A DNA stretch of 64,000 bases, from positions 310,001 to 374,000 of the forward strand of contig NOWV01000014.1 of assembly GCA_003344405.1 (NCBI GenBank), given 5' to 3'. Under the pieces are notes generated by a model, which was given only the letters and a program-made list of their open reading frames with translations, did not search any database and was not told where the DNA came from. This stretch comes from Trichoplax sp. H2. Taxonomy: Eukaryota. The position numbers and the translations under genes are program-made. Shown piece after piece: positions 14,656-26,848 of the stretch. Every line of letters begins with the position of its first letter. The first letter of the stretch is position 1.

Positions 14656-17600
14656 ATGCTATCCTACTTGAGCAATAAATTGGGTAGTAAATCTACTCAT
14701 AATAAAAATAGCTCAAGGAAAACATCACCAACTACAGACAATGACGATAAAGTCGATCATGAGACAAGTAGGCCCCTATCAGACCCAGGCAACACGGATC
14801 AAGTAGTCGATAGTAGCGAGGAGAGTCTTGTCGACGACGATGATCAAGGCGAAATCATCTTATGCAAAAATAATGTTCGTGCCCGTTTACCTTATTGCAA
14901 TGAAGTAGCCAATGGATACTTAACTTTACGCACTTGTTATCATGATAGTCATATCGTATTTAGGTGGTTGCCCAATGAATTGATGGCAGATACATCACCC
15001 GATATTGATCAACAACGTCAAATGGAGAATGATATCAAGCCTATATTTGAAATGGATACGCGTTCTATCAAAGCAATTAAGATATTTCTCGATACCGACA
15101 CCTTGTACTCGGGTCGCCTAGTCTTAAAAAGTATTCAAAATCAATATAAAGTCTTTCACTTTCAACATGGTGGACTCGATCGATTATGTAAGGTATTCGA
15201 TGTATGGCACAGCTGTGTAACACTATTATCGTCGTCGCCTGAATTAAATACACGCCATTACGATATTTGCACTCCTAATGGAGAAGCCATCAACCTACAA
15301 ATTCCCAGACGCGACAAGGTCGACTCTCAAGCATGGCGTAATTTATTCGATGGACAAGGCCGACTTGTTAAAAAGACCCAGTTCAAGGAGGTAAGAATCA
15401 ATACATGTATTACCATCATCGTACAAGAATTCTCGACCGACATTGATTTTGAAATTTTCCCAGCGTACCCCCCCTAGTGCTAAATAACAAAGTAGTACTA
15501 TCAATTACACTACTGTACACAGTATTGGTCAGTGTACTGTACTGACGACGAATCAATTAATTAAATCAATAGCACCTACACCATACACGATACTCTCTAT
15601 TCCGGTATCAAAACATTCAAACTCGAAGGAACAATAAATAAATAAATCGACATCTTGACAACATGGATGCCGTAAGAGTGCTAACAGATCAACAGTGCTT
15701 CCATGACAATATACTTCCTAGGAAATGATACACCTTGTGCAATGATTGGCCCGATATCGCATCTTGTTGGGACAACTATTCTGATATTAAAGTCATACTA
15801 CCATCGATACGAGTTCAATCTGCAAAGGTAGTAAATGGTTATTGTACTCCAACTTTACTGACTACTACCTATATTAAGAAAAATAGACAATATTTAGTAA
15901 GAATAATATTATTCTTCATACTGTATAGTCGCTTAATTGTGCTGTAGACTCGAGAATGCCATATACTCTACTGGTATAACACTCCTTCGGTTGATTAGAC
16001 GTCGGAGTGTCGCCGTCGCTATGGATCATTGATGATATTATATCCCTTTCATCGAGTTCATGTCCACAATGCTGCTTGTCAATAAAATCTTATTAATGTA
16101 CTATTTCACTTAATTTCTTTCACATTCCCCGTTGATAAATAAAAAAACATAAAAATTAGAAAATTCCTCTATCACTAGGATTATAACGTCATAAGAATAT
16201 AATGAAATTGGCAGATCTAATGATTAATAACTTCTAATCGTTAAGCTTCTGCAGCTGTGTTCAAAATTCTTCAACAGTGGATTACTCGTAAAGTCAATTT
16301 TATTCGACTATAACATGACCTCTACTACCACCCCACACAAAAGCAATATTTAGAAACAGTGTAAAATTACCTATCATAATATCCCTACGTACATCGTAAG
16401 TAATTTCTTTTCTCTGAAAAATACTTCTTTTTACTCTCGGGCTAGAATTCATATCATTTTTACCTTGCAAACAATAGATCAATACCGTAAAATTACAGTA
16501 TTTCTGATCTTTTTTTAGACAATAAAATAATCTAGACATTGTTTATTAAACTCAATAGCTTCCATCTGCAACGTATAACTTGCTTGACACTATAATTTTA
16601 CAATTCAATGAGATTTTATCCTGTCTAGCTAATGAAACGTATAGTAAGATAATTCGAGAATGAATTTTAATTGAAATTATTTTATTGGTAAGAGCAATTT
16701 ATCGCATAGGTTGCACTGCACTTTATAGGCCAAAATAACAATAACACATTATTTAGTCCACCTACAGTATCTCAGTAATTAAGGATTGCATTTAAGCAGC
16801 CGTCGTTAGTTAGTGTATAATTAATATTATATTTATTTATAATAATAGAAATCTTTTTTTTATCTTCATGTACGCATCCGTAACCATTTCAATCGACTAC
16901 TGTCACTATACAATCAGTAATCCTTACTTCACTACGTAAACTTTATGTCAGCAGCCTCTTCCTATTAAAATAAATTTAGCTAACGCAACTTGGATAGAAT
17001 AGTGACATTTTTACGTTGTAAAGTGAATAATGATGTTCTTCCTATAGCTTTATAGCATAATCAGCTATATAGTATATGCTTACGCCTACACATGTATATG
17101 TATGACCGCTTAAACTATCAACTTATTTCTGTACTCATTACTACAATCTATAGTATATCCGATACTTTTAAAAGTGTAACCATCCTTTCATTACATTTGC
17201 TAGTATAGTACTATTGCTCATTGCTTTACTGACCGTTTACGTGATTTTATATGTACTATCATCTACGCTAGAAATGGCTAGTGCTTTAAAAGGAATTATT
17301 TGGTCTTAACAATTATTACCACGATTTACGATTCTTATGTTGCTAATGATTTAAAAAATTTACAGGAGTGCTATTGTTATGTTATTTGTTATTATTATCG
17401 AACATTTTATAGATTTTTTACTGTAATAATTAAAAAGTCTATTTTATATTTGCATCTCTAATATTAAAGGCTGTGTTTTTTGCTGGTATCGTTGAAGAGA
17501 TGAGAAAGGAGGCGTGGAAGTTTCTATTGGAATATTATCCATACGATTCGACATTTGAACAAAGACAAGAGCTAAAGTTACAACGTACAAAGATTTACGA

Positions 17601-19924
17601 GAGTATCAATGACAAAAGGTAAAAACTAAAGATAGAATCAGTAAATTACAGTAGCACTAGTGCCCTACTGATAGAATTAATTAAGCGAATCCTACTCTAT
17701 TAGAAAATAGCATATTGAAATAATAAGGGCGTTATGATCCCAATAAAATGATTTACTTTTTCAATTTTTTTTTATAGTAATGAAAACTTGCTATTTATAT
17801 GCTCATTAAGATTGTTACTATATTTATTTACTAGCCATAATCAAATGTATATTACATGAAGGGTATGAGATTGTTTGACCATCACTATTGCGTGCTTTAG
17901 AGGTAAAAATAAGCCTTATTTTTATACATCTTAGACAAGGTATCAGCGGTGAAGAGCAGAAAACATTCTATCGCAAAGTCGAATGTATTGTTGATAAGGA
18001 TGTCGTACGTACAGACCGTAGTTCTCAATATTACGCAGGTGCCGATAATCCTCACGTACAAACATTAAGGTTAGCAATCTAGCTTTTAATCAAAATTGAT
18101 TTCTAATGTGTAATTACTGACATCATTGATTTGCAATTAATTGCAACTCAGGCTACATATGGCTAGTAAACAATGTAATGTTATTAACAATCTTTAATCT
18201 TTGTTATAATGTTACTGTATGAATGAGCAATAGTATTGTTAGAAAAGATATCAGTGATCTAATAAAGGCCATCCAAAACTGGCAGAAGCTATCTTCAATA
18301 CAGACATTTTAGCCAATTAAAATTTTGTGAAAAGCTATCGATTAATGACTAATAAAAACAATGAATATGTACTTTATGACGGTATGATAAAATCAGGAGA
18401 TATTTACTAAATAAGCATTACTGATATATTATTACTACTTTCACGTTTTCTAATACAGTAGTGAGCTTTATTTCGATCATGTGTGGCTACAAGCTTAATA
18501 TTTCTGTACTCTTATTAAATATTTAGCATGACTACTGTTATCTAAATATCTTATATTACCGAGCCTGATAGCACTGATAACTGTATTTTTAAATTGTACC
18601 CCTAGGAGAATTTTGTTAAATTACGCTATTGATAATCCAGTGGTCGGATACACGCAAGGTATGTCTGACCTTCTGGCTCCCTTATTAGTTATTATGGATA
18701 ACGAAATCGATGCTTATTGGTGCTTTATTGGGCTTATGGAAAAGAGTGTTTTTCTCAACACTCCACAAAATGATATGGAAGAACAGCTTGTATGTAACTT
18801 TAGATAACTTTTTTCATTTTATTATAACATCATTCTTATAAAGACCTTTTCATTTCACTTGAAACTACGCGCATTAGGGATTGTTACGAGAACTGTTGAG
18901 AACGATGTTACCGCATTTTTATGCACATTGCATGAAATTCTTAAATGGTATGGAACTTCTCTTTTGCCATCGTTGGTTACTGCTATGCTTTAGGAGAGAA
19001 GTAGGGGAGTATCAAGCTCAAAGGATTTGGGAAGCTGCTTGGTCTCAACATCATACGTCCTACTTTCATCTATTTTTATGTGCTGCTGCTATCTCAGTAT
19101 ATGGAGATACTGTAATTGAAAAAGATTTATCCCCAGATCTTACTCTTCTTCATTTTACTTCTATTCAAGAAATGGATGGTAACTTATTGTTGCGTAGGGC
19201 GCATGAATTATTGTATGATTTCCTTGTACAAGATATTATTCCATGCACGCTGATGAAAATATTATCTGATTCGGGTGAGTGGGACTCGCCTCCAACACCA
19301 ACCATATACTGTAAATGTGATGGATTTCACCCTACTTCTGGAATTCCAACTCTTTTGGATGTGGTACATAGTCGCTCTAAGCAAGACGATGAAGTTAACG
19401 AAAATGACGATAAGAAGTCACTTATAGAAAATGTTGCTGAACTAGCTCCACCGACTGATGGCCTTGTACAACTTGAATTGAAATCGTCTGAAGATGATAT
19501 TAAAGGTGATATCAAAGAAACAACAGAAACTAATATATTTCGAGAAGTTATAGATAAAAAGCGTGCCGATGACAGTTTGAGTAATGATGAAACCGAGACT
19601 ACAGATACTGATCGTAGGCAGACTGAGACTATGGAGGTTGGAGAAAAATCTGAAGAAGATGTAAAAGATATCTCCGATAACTATATTCCTAGTAGTAGTA
19701 ACAGTTCAAATATGCCTTCTGCGGCAATTGAGAATGCAAATCGAGTGAGCAGCGATGCAGAAGAAACGCAAATGGAAGATAGCAAGATATTATTAGTAGA
19801 GGATAGACCATCGCCATCGGAAGATAATGATTCATGCAAAGTTAACGATACTGTTTTGTCGATGGAGGCCGAAGATTCAACGAAAGAATCTCAGCAAGAT
19901 GTAGAAAATGCTTCGGAAAAGTAA
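14656..19924 (+). CDS. TBC1D16: TBC1 domain family member 16 (Rab GTPase-activating protein)
   Basis: Exons 14656-15390, 17470-17618, 17935-18069, 18606-18789 and 18878-19924. N-terminal CKNNV and SGRLVLKS..QYKVFHFQHGGLDRL are typical of TBC1D16. Catalytic R-finger VDKDVVRTDR, Q-finger GYTQGMSDL and LLFCHRWLLLCFRRE are present, followed by an acidic low-complexity tail. Confidence 0.92.
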
Positions 19925-20199
19925 TCTCCTGATACTGATCCTTCATCTATCTATTGATTGGAATGTGAGGACAAATACAGCATATAGTAATGATTGTAAA
20001 TTTCTTTAAGTTTCGAGTATTCAGTTTTGGTTGTAGTCAATGGCATCGCCACTTTTGACCATGACTGTATTGTCGTAAGTGATAAAGAGTATTTCTGATC
20101 AAGAAAACGTTATGATAGTAAGCTGAAACAAGTCCTTAAACGTTAAAATTGATCATAAAAATTGGCTGCAATATAAATTGAAAGCTCAAATTATACTAA

Positions 20200-21100
20200 T
20201 AATAGGATACAGCATTATATCAGAATCCACATGAATTACATAAAATTATAACTATTAACTCTAAAAATGAGCTTAGTATAACAATTAGAATAGTATTCTC
20301 AAAAGCGTATGATATATATATACTTAATATCAATGTAGAAGATAATAATATATAAATATATACGAGTATATACATTATAAATATACTAAATAACACGATT
20401 ATAACTGTCATCGTCGAGTTTTTTATGTCTAGCTTGATGAAGATCGGCTACAATTCTATTTGTTACTGTATATCACAAACTATTGTTGCACTATTTTTTA
20501 CGTTATTCCTGAAGCAGAAATTAGAGATGATCTAATATTACGTTATACACGTATCATAGATGATGTTAAGATTGGTTTGAATGAACGCTATTTTACATTC
20601 CAGAAAAATTATCGATAAACCAGCTAAGTTAAATAATTGTTAAGTCAATAATGAGATTTCATACAGGATAACACGAACGGATGTAAACTTTCTGTAATTA
20701 CGGTATAACATCTCTTGCCAATTGGGAATAGTCTGACGAAACAATCTAATTTTAAGATTTGTGTTGACTTAAACGGGAGAATTTTAAAAGATTGTCTTTC
20801 AATTATGCAATATAATATACATAATACTGATATCGGCTTATATATCAGGATTTTAATGTTCTTATTTATCAATCTTTACCATAGAGGTAAGGTCTTTCTT
20901 TATATTCTATAAATTTTTACGATTCGAATAGAGGTTTTTCACCTTTCCGTCGACATTATCATTTCAAAGGATATTATGATGTTCCAAAAGTCTTATACGA
21001 TTGCGACGGTACAAAAGCGATATTTTAAGTAATATATTATCGAAAGTGTGTATAAAATTAATAAAGATCTTACAACACTATGAAATTCAAAGTAAGTCAT
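20200..21100 (-). pseudogene. Probable decayed intronless class A (rhodopsin-like) GPCR
   Basis: Collinear fragments across stops and frameshifts: SVLCILYCIIER..ILPFK (TM3 E/DRY + ICL2-like), LAGLSIIFLECKI (TM5 end-like), KNSTMTVIIVLFSIFIMYILVY (TM6-like), VIILCNSC (TM7-like). Recognised by eye only. Confidence 0.4.
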
Positions 21101-21376
21101 TACTTCCTTGGATACACTGTACGCGTTTGCTTTATTTTGAAGTGATCAATGAAAAATTAGCGTGAGATTGTGAGTACATACGTGAAGTAATGCAATAGTT
21201 GTCATTGCATTCTTGATTAACTGTAAGTGATCATCGACTGCTAAAACTCTGGAAGAAGCCCTAGTTCATTACATACGTAGAACTATTAGAATGTCTTGAA
21301 ATGCGTTATATAATGTAATGATAGCAATATAACTTGTACAGTATGTTTGGTCTTAGTTATCGAGTTCAGTATAGCA

Positions 21377-21524
21377 CGGCACTTCCGTACTTATACCTAC
21401 TGGCCAGACGCAGTACGTCGAACTGGACATAGGGACTTCTCAACTAATTTCGGTACTCCCGTACTTATACCTACTGGCCAGACGCTGTACGTCGAACTGG
21501 ACATAGGGACTTCTCAACTAATTT
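21377..21524. repeat. Tandem duplication of a 74-bp unit (2 copies)
   Basis: 21377-21450 versus 21451-21524 (cgg[c/t]act[t/c]ccgtacttatacctactggccagacgc[a/t]gtacgtcgaactggacatagggacttctcaactaattt), with 3 mismatches. Confidence 0.95.
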
Positions 21525-23505
21525 CTTATGCCCTTCCACCCTCCCCGAACGTCCCGTGATATTATCACAGTATGCGTATAGTTTAAGCAGCTAGAACTGA
21601 ATATAGAGTTTTATTGTTGGCCTGTAGTCTTCGAAACTATCCTCAACCGGATACATAACAGTAAGTTTTGGCAATTTAGTGGTAGAGGAATTAATGTGCG
21701 TACCTTGACCAATTAGTGCGTTAGAAATATAGAAAAATTTAAGGCGTAGTGTTAGATGCCCATCATAAAGGTACATAGAATGGAAATCCTACTGTGAATA
21801 CGTCTACTTGTAAGTCAACACTGAAAAATATATTATTTTTCGATCCTTTTCTTTCCTGACGTCTCTGTCTTCACTTTCTGCAAATCTGCATACTGTACTG
21901 GACAGTACGTGGATATAATAACCTAATCGTATTAAATTGGTCTGTAATTTAGATCCTAGCATTTACTGTTCCATAATTTCGGTAGAGACAGAACACGTAA
22001 TGATGTGAACGGGTAAAATCATATAGCAATAACCTTGTTGAAGGGCCTGATTTTTCCTCTACTGGTTATCCCTAATTTGCAAATTACCATCAAATATGCC
22101 ATACATCTGTTATGTTAACTATAAAGATGGATATCATACACGTCCTATTCTACTTCACAGTTTTATTTCTCAAGGGATGTTATGGCAAGTCACAGTCAAA
22201 GATGTTAGAGTACTTTTAGGTGCAAGGATAGTGAGGGCTATTGGTAGATAAACTGTATTACAGTATCGTTAGCAGCAGCTTTCAGTGAGAAGAAAGATGG
22301 CTCGGTAGGCGGCATCAGCAAGTCCTAGAGTCTGAATGGCCTACAGTACAGTGAGGATAGCATGTCAGGAATTAACAAAAAACATTTGATAAGCATGTTT
22401 ATCAATATGTTGAGAAGAAGGACACAAAGACTGATTCCTTCCGGAGGAATTTACTCTGAGACTGGGTATGCGTTGCGTTATCTACTATGACAACTGTAAA
22501 ATTTAACAATAATTATTGAGTAATAAACTGATTTATCCGCTACAACCGGAGATGACTTATTGAGGACTGTCTTAGAATAGGGATCGAATAGCTCTTGTTG
22601 CAGCAGGATAGTGATAGGAAAAATAAAAGAGTCTTTTTTTGTAATCAGTATTGTAATAAAGGTGACTCTGCAGGCGGAGTGTCGTAAGTTTAGCATTAAC
22701 ATTGAATTTCTAGAAGTTAGTATCAGAATTACCCATATGCACCACAGTACTGTAGAGGAAACAATTTCTACTGGCTGGATTATGAAATTGAATTAAGTTT
22801 TGTTATAATCGAATTAACTAAATTTCGACAAAAGCAATCATCGATTTTTTTGGTGCCCCAGTTTATATTCTAATGTATAATGTTAAATTCAGTCTTATAA
22901 CGTATAAAAGCAAGGCATATGACATAGCAGATCTTCAGTACAATTTAACCAGAGTAACAATACGCGTAGAATACTACATAAGTAATTTGTTAAATATAGA
23001 TCATGCAAAGACAAGGATTCTACAGTATCATAGTAGCTTAACAATTGATGATATCTCAACGCTGCATTTTGTTTATGTTTTCATCCATTTCTAGACGGTA
23101 AATCTATGGATTAGCTAAAATATACTAGAGATTATTAAAGCCGATCCTGAATATTTAGTGACACTGCTTTCCTTGCTAGTAACTTTAGCGTCTGATATTT
23201 ATAGTAAACATCGTCAACCTTCCGTTGTTGTATTATACGCTTTGGACTACATTACAATTTAAATTAGATTGGTAAATTGATAACTGCTGAAATTACTAAA
23301 AGTTATTAAAGCCAACCCTCGCTGATCAATATTACTGCCGTTCTATTAGGTACTTGTAGCGCCTTGGTTTAAGAGTACTTGGTAAGAGCATCAACGCTTA
23401 AATAACTAAATCATTAGTAGATTGGCGTTTATACTGTGCCCCGACACTGATTGAAAATCATTCCGAACAAGAGAGAAATCACATCCTGCAACTTAAGCTA
23501 TTGCC

Positions 23506-24228
23506 ATGAGTTTAACGTATAAAGATTACGTTGCTTTGGGAAATGATACAGTTGAAGATTGGGCATCTTATTGGGCCGAAGGCGACACAAACTGGGTAAG
23601 CGATAAGTGTAATCCTTGTTTAATCAAATATTATCAATCCTGTTTGGCTTGTGATCAACCATCGACAATTTTCGTACCATTATGTGGTAAAACTCAAGAT
23701 ATGCTTTGGTTAGCTAGAAATGGTAATCGAGTGGTTGGTGTTGAAATGGTGCCACAGCCATGCATTGATTTTTTTAGCGAAAATAACATTGACTATTGTA
23801 TTGAAAAATTGCAAGGTATTGGTGATGGCAAAGTATATCGAAGTCAAGCCGATGGCTTGGACATTACTATTTACAATTGCAATTTCTATGAATTGACGGT
23901 AGAGTTACTAGGTTGTCAATGTAATCGCTTTTGGGATATTGGCGCTTTGATTGCCCTTAACCCAGAACAGCATTCAAAATATATCCAACAATTAATGTCA
24001 TTGTTGACTCCTGATGCACAAGGAATATTATTTACGGTAGAATTCGATATCAATCAACGTCCTGATGTAGCGTCGCCATTTTGTGTACCTGAAAATCGAG
24101 TTCATGAAGTCTTATCACCCGTTGCTAGTGTGAAACTTCTAGAATCGATAGATACGCCTTATTCTTGGTATGGCCACTTAAATTTAAACTCTATGGATGG
24201 CAAATTTTACTTTCTGAAACGTAAATAA
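23506..24228 (+). CDS. Thiopurine S-methyltransferase family (TPMT-like) SAM-dependent methyltransferase, intronless and divergent
   Basis: 240-aa ORF with W..YW..G, IFVPLCGKTQDMLWLA..G..VVGVE (SAM-binding motif I of the TPMT family), FFSEN, WDIGALIAL (cf. WDRGALVAI) and SPFCVP (cf. GPPF.V). Confidence 0.88.
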   Translation: MSLTYKDYVALGNDTVEDWASYWAEGDTNWVSDKCNPCLIKYYQSCLACDQPSTIFVPLCGKTQDMLWLARNGNRVVGVEMVPQPCIDFFSENNIDYCIEKLQGIGDGKVYRSQADGLDITIYNCNFYELTVELLGCQCNRFWDIGALIALNPEQHSKYIQQLMSLLTPDAQGILFTVEFDINQRPDVASPFCVPENRVHEVLSPVASVKLLESIDTPYSWYGHLNLNSMDGKFYFLKRK

Positions 24229-25265
24229 TCTGGTGACGATCAAAAATTCATTTAGCTGGTGTTTACTAGGATTATTTTACGCTATTGGCTAAGTGATTGT
24301 GCCGACCATTACGTTTTCTTTCCTGATTTCCACTTGATTGCAGTATACCAAAGTATAAAATTGCCCACTTTTCATGCAAAATTAGTGACGAATGACGATT
24401 GCAATGATAAAAATGAATAACAAGAACCTATCTATAGCCATGATAGTTATGGTTAGTTGAGGGATTGATTGCAGCGAAATTGTATAAACGATTTTCTGAC
24501 GCTCGTAATGGCTGCTTGCAATTCTTGTATAGGCAAGATTACATTTGTTCAAACATTTCCAACCAGCAAACTATTCCTCTTTACTATATATGCTATACTT
24601 ATTCTGCAGACGATGCTAACCAAATATAACGTATTATGATTCTTGTTAAGCAGACTAACGGCTTATTTACCTAAGGTGATGAATTATTTGTTCCAAGTCT
24701 TGCAGTCTGTAGCTGTTCATGATGTGGGATTCAATCGCACGTAAACATTGCAATTTTTGATGCATTACCTTCCTTAAACGACGCATATTACTCCAGATAA
24801 TTCGCACGAATTGCAATATTGTAACACTGTGATAATTGGCACATCTTAACTAGAAGTATATAGTATCATCAATACTATAGTATATCCCAATTACTTAATA
24901 TTCATTGACCATGATATTGTGAACTACCGTATTGAATTAATTAAAATACAACTATTTATATCTATTTTATTTTAGAGTGATATTATAATAATGATTTCCA
25001 CCAATATCTTGTGTTCATTGATGTTCTCATTTAAAAGTCATATTCGATCTCGATTAATCTAACAAACTGCATTAGATAACATTTGTAACTTCTGCATCTA
25101 TCAATAAATTCAGCACACAAAACGATTACTTTTATTAAAATGCATCCATAACACTGCAGCATCGGATTGAAGGCATTTACATGGTGTACTACCATCAATG
25201 ACTAGATTTATTTAGTAATCTGTAGTGCCGCATTTGCCATTTGCTCTGCTCAAGTCAAGTCAAAT

Positions 25266-25664
25266 TTAAAGCCATTCCCATGAGTAAAATCGGCTAATAT
25301 TAGATTAGATAGGTTACACTAGAGTCATCTGGTTGTATTCTTGGCTTCATACACAGTCTGTACAGTATACTGTACTGTACAGTGTACAGTACATGGATAG
25401 GAAACTTTACTCGGACGGTCGGACATTTCGGTCCCATTCATAGTCATTAAGCCGCGGCTCGATTTCATTATTGGCTTCTTTTTCTAAATAAAGTAATATT
25501 ATATTGAAATCTATTGTATTTTACTAAGTTCTGCTAGAAAGCAGCCCTATCAAGTCATGAATGTTTCTTGAATGAGTAGAAGCAATTAAAAAATAGACAT
25601 AGAAGATTCATACTGATGGTAAGCAAGTCATTTTTCGATGTGTTTGGTCGAATATGCAAAGCAT
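25266..25664 (-). CDS. Small multi-exon gene divergent from cyclin F; putative microprotein with a Cip/Kip CDI-like C-terminus (5' end unresolved)
   Basis: Three exons with canonical sites and matching phases: 25614-25664 (ttcag|...|gtatga), 25411-25483 (tttag|...|gtaaag) and 25266-25293 (ctaat branch, attag|, stop TAA). Minus-strand AATAAA at ~25131. Translation: DALHIRPNTSKNDLLTIKKEANNEIEPRLNDYEWDRNVRPSDRFYSWEWL*. Confidence 0.55.
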
Positions 25665-25759
25665 CTGAATAAGAGTATACGTTACAGTGTACAGTAATAG
25701 AGTATGGTATATACTGTACACGACAGTATTTGATATATAAAATAAGTCTGTCTGTCCGA

Positions 25760-26170
25760 GAGTTTCGCCGTACCATGATAGAACTTGTCAGAAAGAATGA
25801 CACAGTGTACAGTCCAATACACGACAGATTATACTGTACCGTACAGTACTGTACACTGTGCATCTCTTTCCATTTTTCAAAAAATGCGCCGTGAATGAAG
25901 AACAATAGCAAGGGATCAACTACGCAGGCGTTATTTTCTGCAGCCAATAAACGATCTCCAACGGTAAATTATTCGGTACATTTAATTTTTCAAAGTGGAA
26001 ATTGAAATTCCCTATGCAAGTCACCCTCGGTAACATCAATTACTGTAGACAACTTGAGGCGTTGCAACGTTCGACATTTCAACGTTTCAACCGTTTCATT
26101 TCAAACGTCCAATAGGAGTGCAGTAGAGGATGGTGCGCATGTATGCCATTTCAATGAAGTTTAAAACTGG
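25760..26170. promoter_or_regulatory. Candidate bidirectional cell-cycle (G2/M-type) promoter with CDE/CHR, CCAAT boxes and Myb-like sites
   Basis: Minus-strand GGCGC-ATTT-TTTGAA at 25876-25890 (CDE, 4-nt spacer, CHR). Further TTCAAA (reverse CHR) at ~25989 and 26100. CCAAT at 25814, 25944 and 26109. CAACGG at 25959. AAC(G/C)GT cluster at 26065-26108. Confidence 0.55.
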
Positions 26171-26848
26171 CATTGACAAGTTGCAAAACTGACTACTCTC
26201 AAACTTCAGTACTGAACATACATCGTAGTTACGGTAAGCCAATGTTCCATATAGACTGTCATATACGTCTAGCAGCTTATTGTCTAGAGTTCATTTGTAA
26301 ACTACCCTACTGTACAAGTTTGTACATATCTTGTATACACTTTTAGTAGCTAGAATTAAACTGTCATTTAAAGTAAAAGTTCACCATTAGACTTTAGTGC
26401 TTACTAGCTAGCGCACTTTACAACACATTGGGTCGATCAAGCTCAAATCTTATACACTTATTTTAAATTAATCTCTTATTATTCAATTGAAACGGTAGTG
26501 ATTACTAGTTCTATTCTATTACGTACTGACTACTACAGGACGTCAACTCTGGATATCGGTTAGAACAGTCGTTTTGCCTCAACGTGCTTCTATTTCAAAA
26601 CTTTGGCGTATTTTCAAATTGCAAATATTATTACCAAGGCACAACATCCAGTAAGTAGCATGATGGATATGTGGATATCAATTGGTAGACTACATTCAAA
26701 GTAGTTGTTGTAACTCATTACAGTGTTGTAGTAGGATAAATACGGTGATAAGATCAAGAAGAAATTGTTGTAACCTTTTTATCCGCTAACTGCTAGACTT
26801 GAATCTCGACTGCTTTAGTATATCATTTCATAGAATTATTCTCCGCTC

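Noticed and set aside
19327-19515. Antisense and alternate-frame ORFs over real exons (also 735-935, 29237-29501, 32306-32560, 35197-35481, 56746-56934, 58717-58926)
   Set aside because: They are shadow ORFs of the identified genes.
22381-22411. 31-nt imperfect palindrome (aacatttgataagcatgtttatcaatatgtt)
   Set aside because: Short and AT-rich, with no supporting context.
25555-25947. 130-aa minus-strand ORF as a single-exon gene
   Set aside because: It starts with TTG and runs through promoter motifs and repeats. Only 25614-25664 looks exonic.
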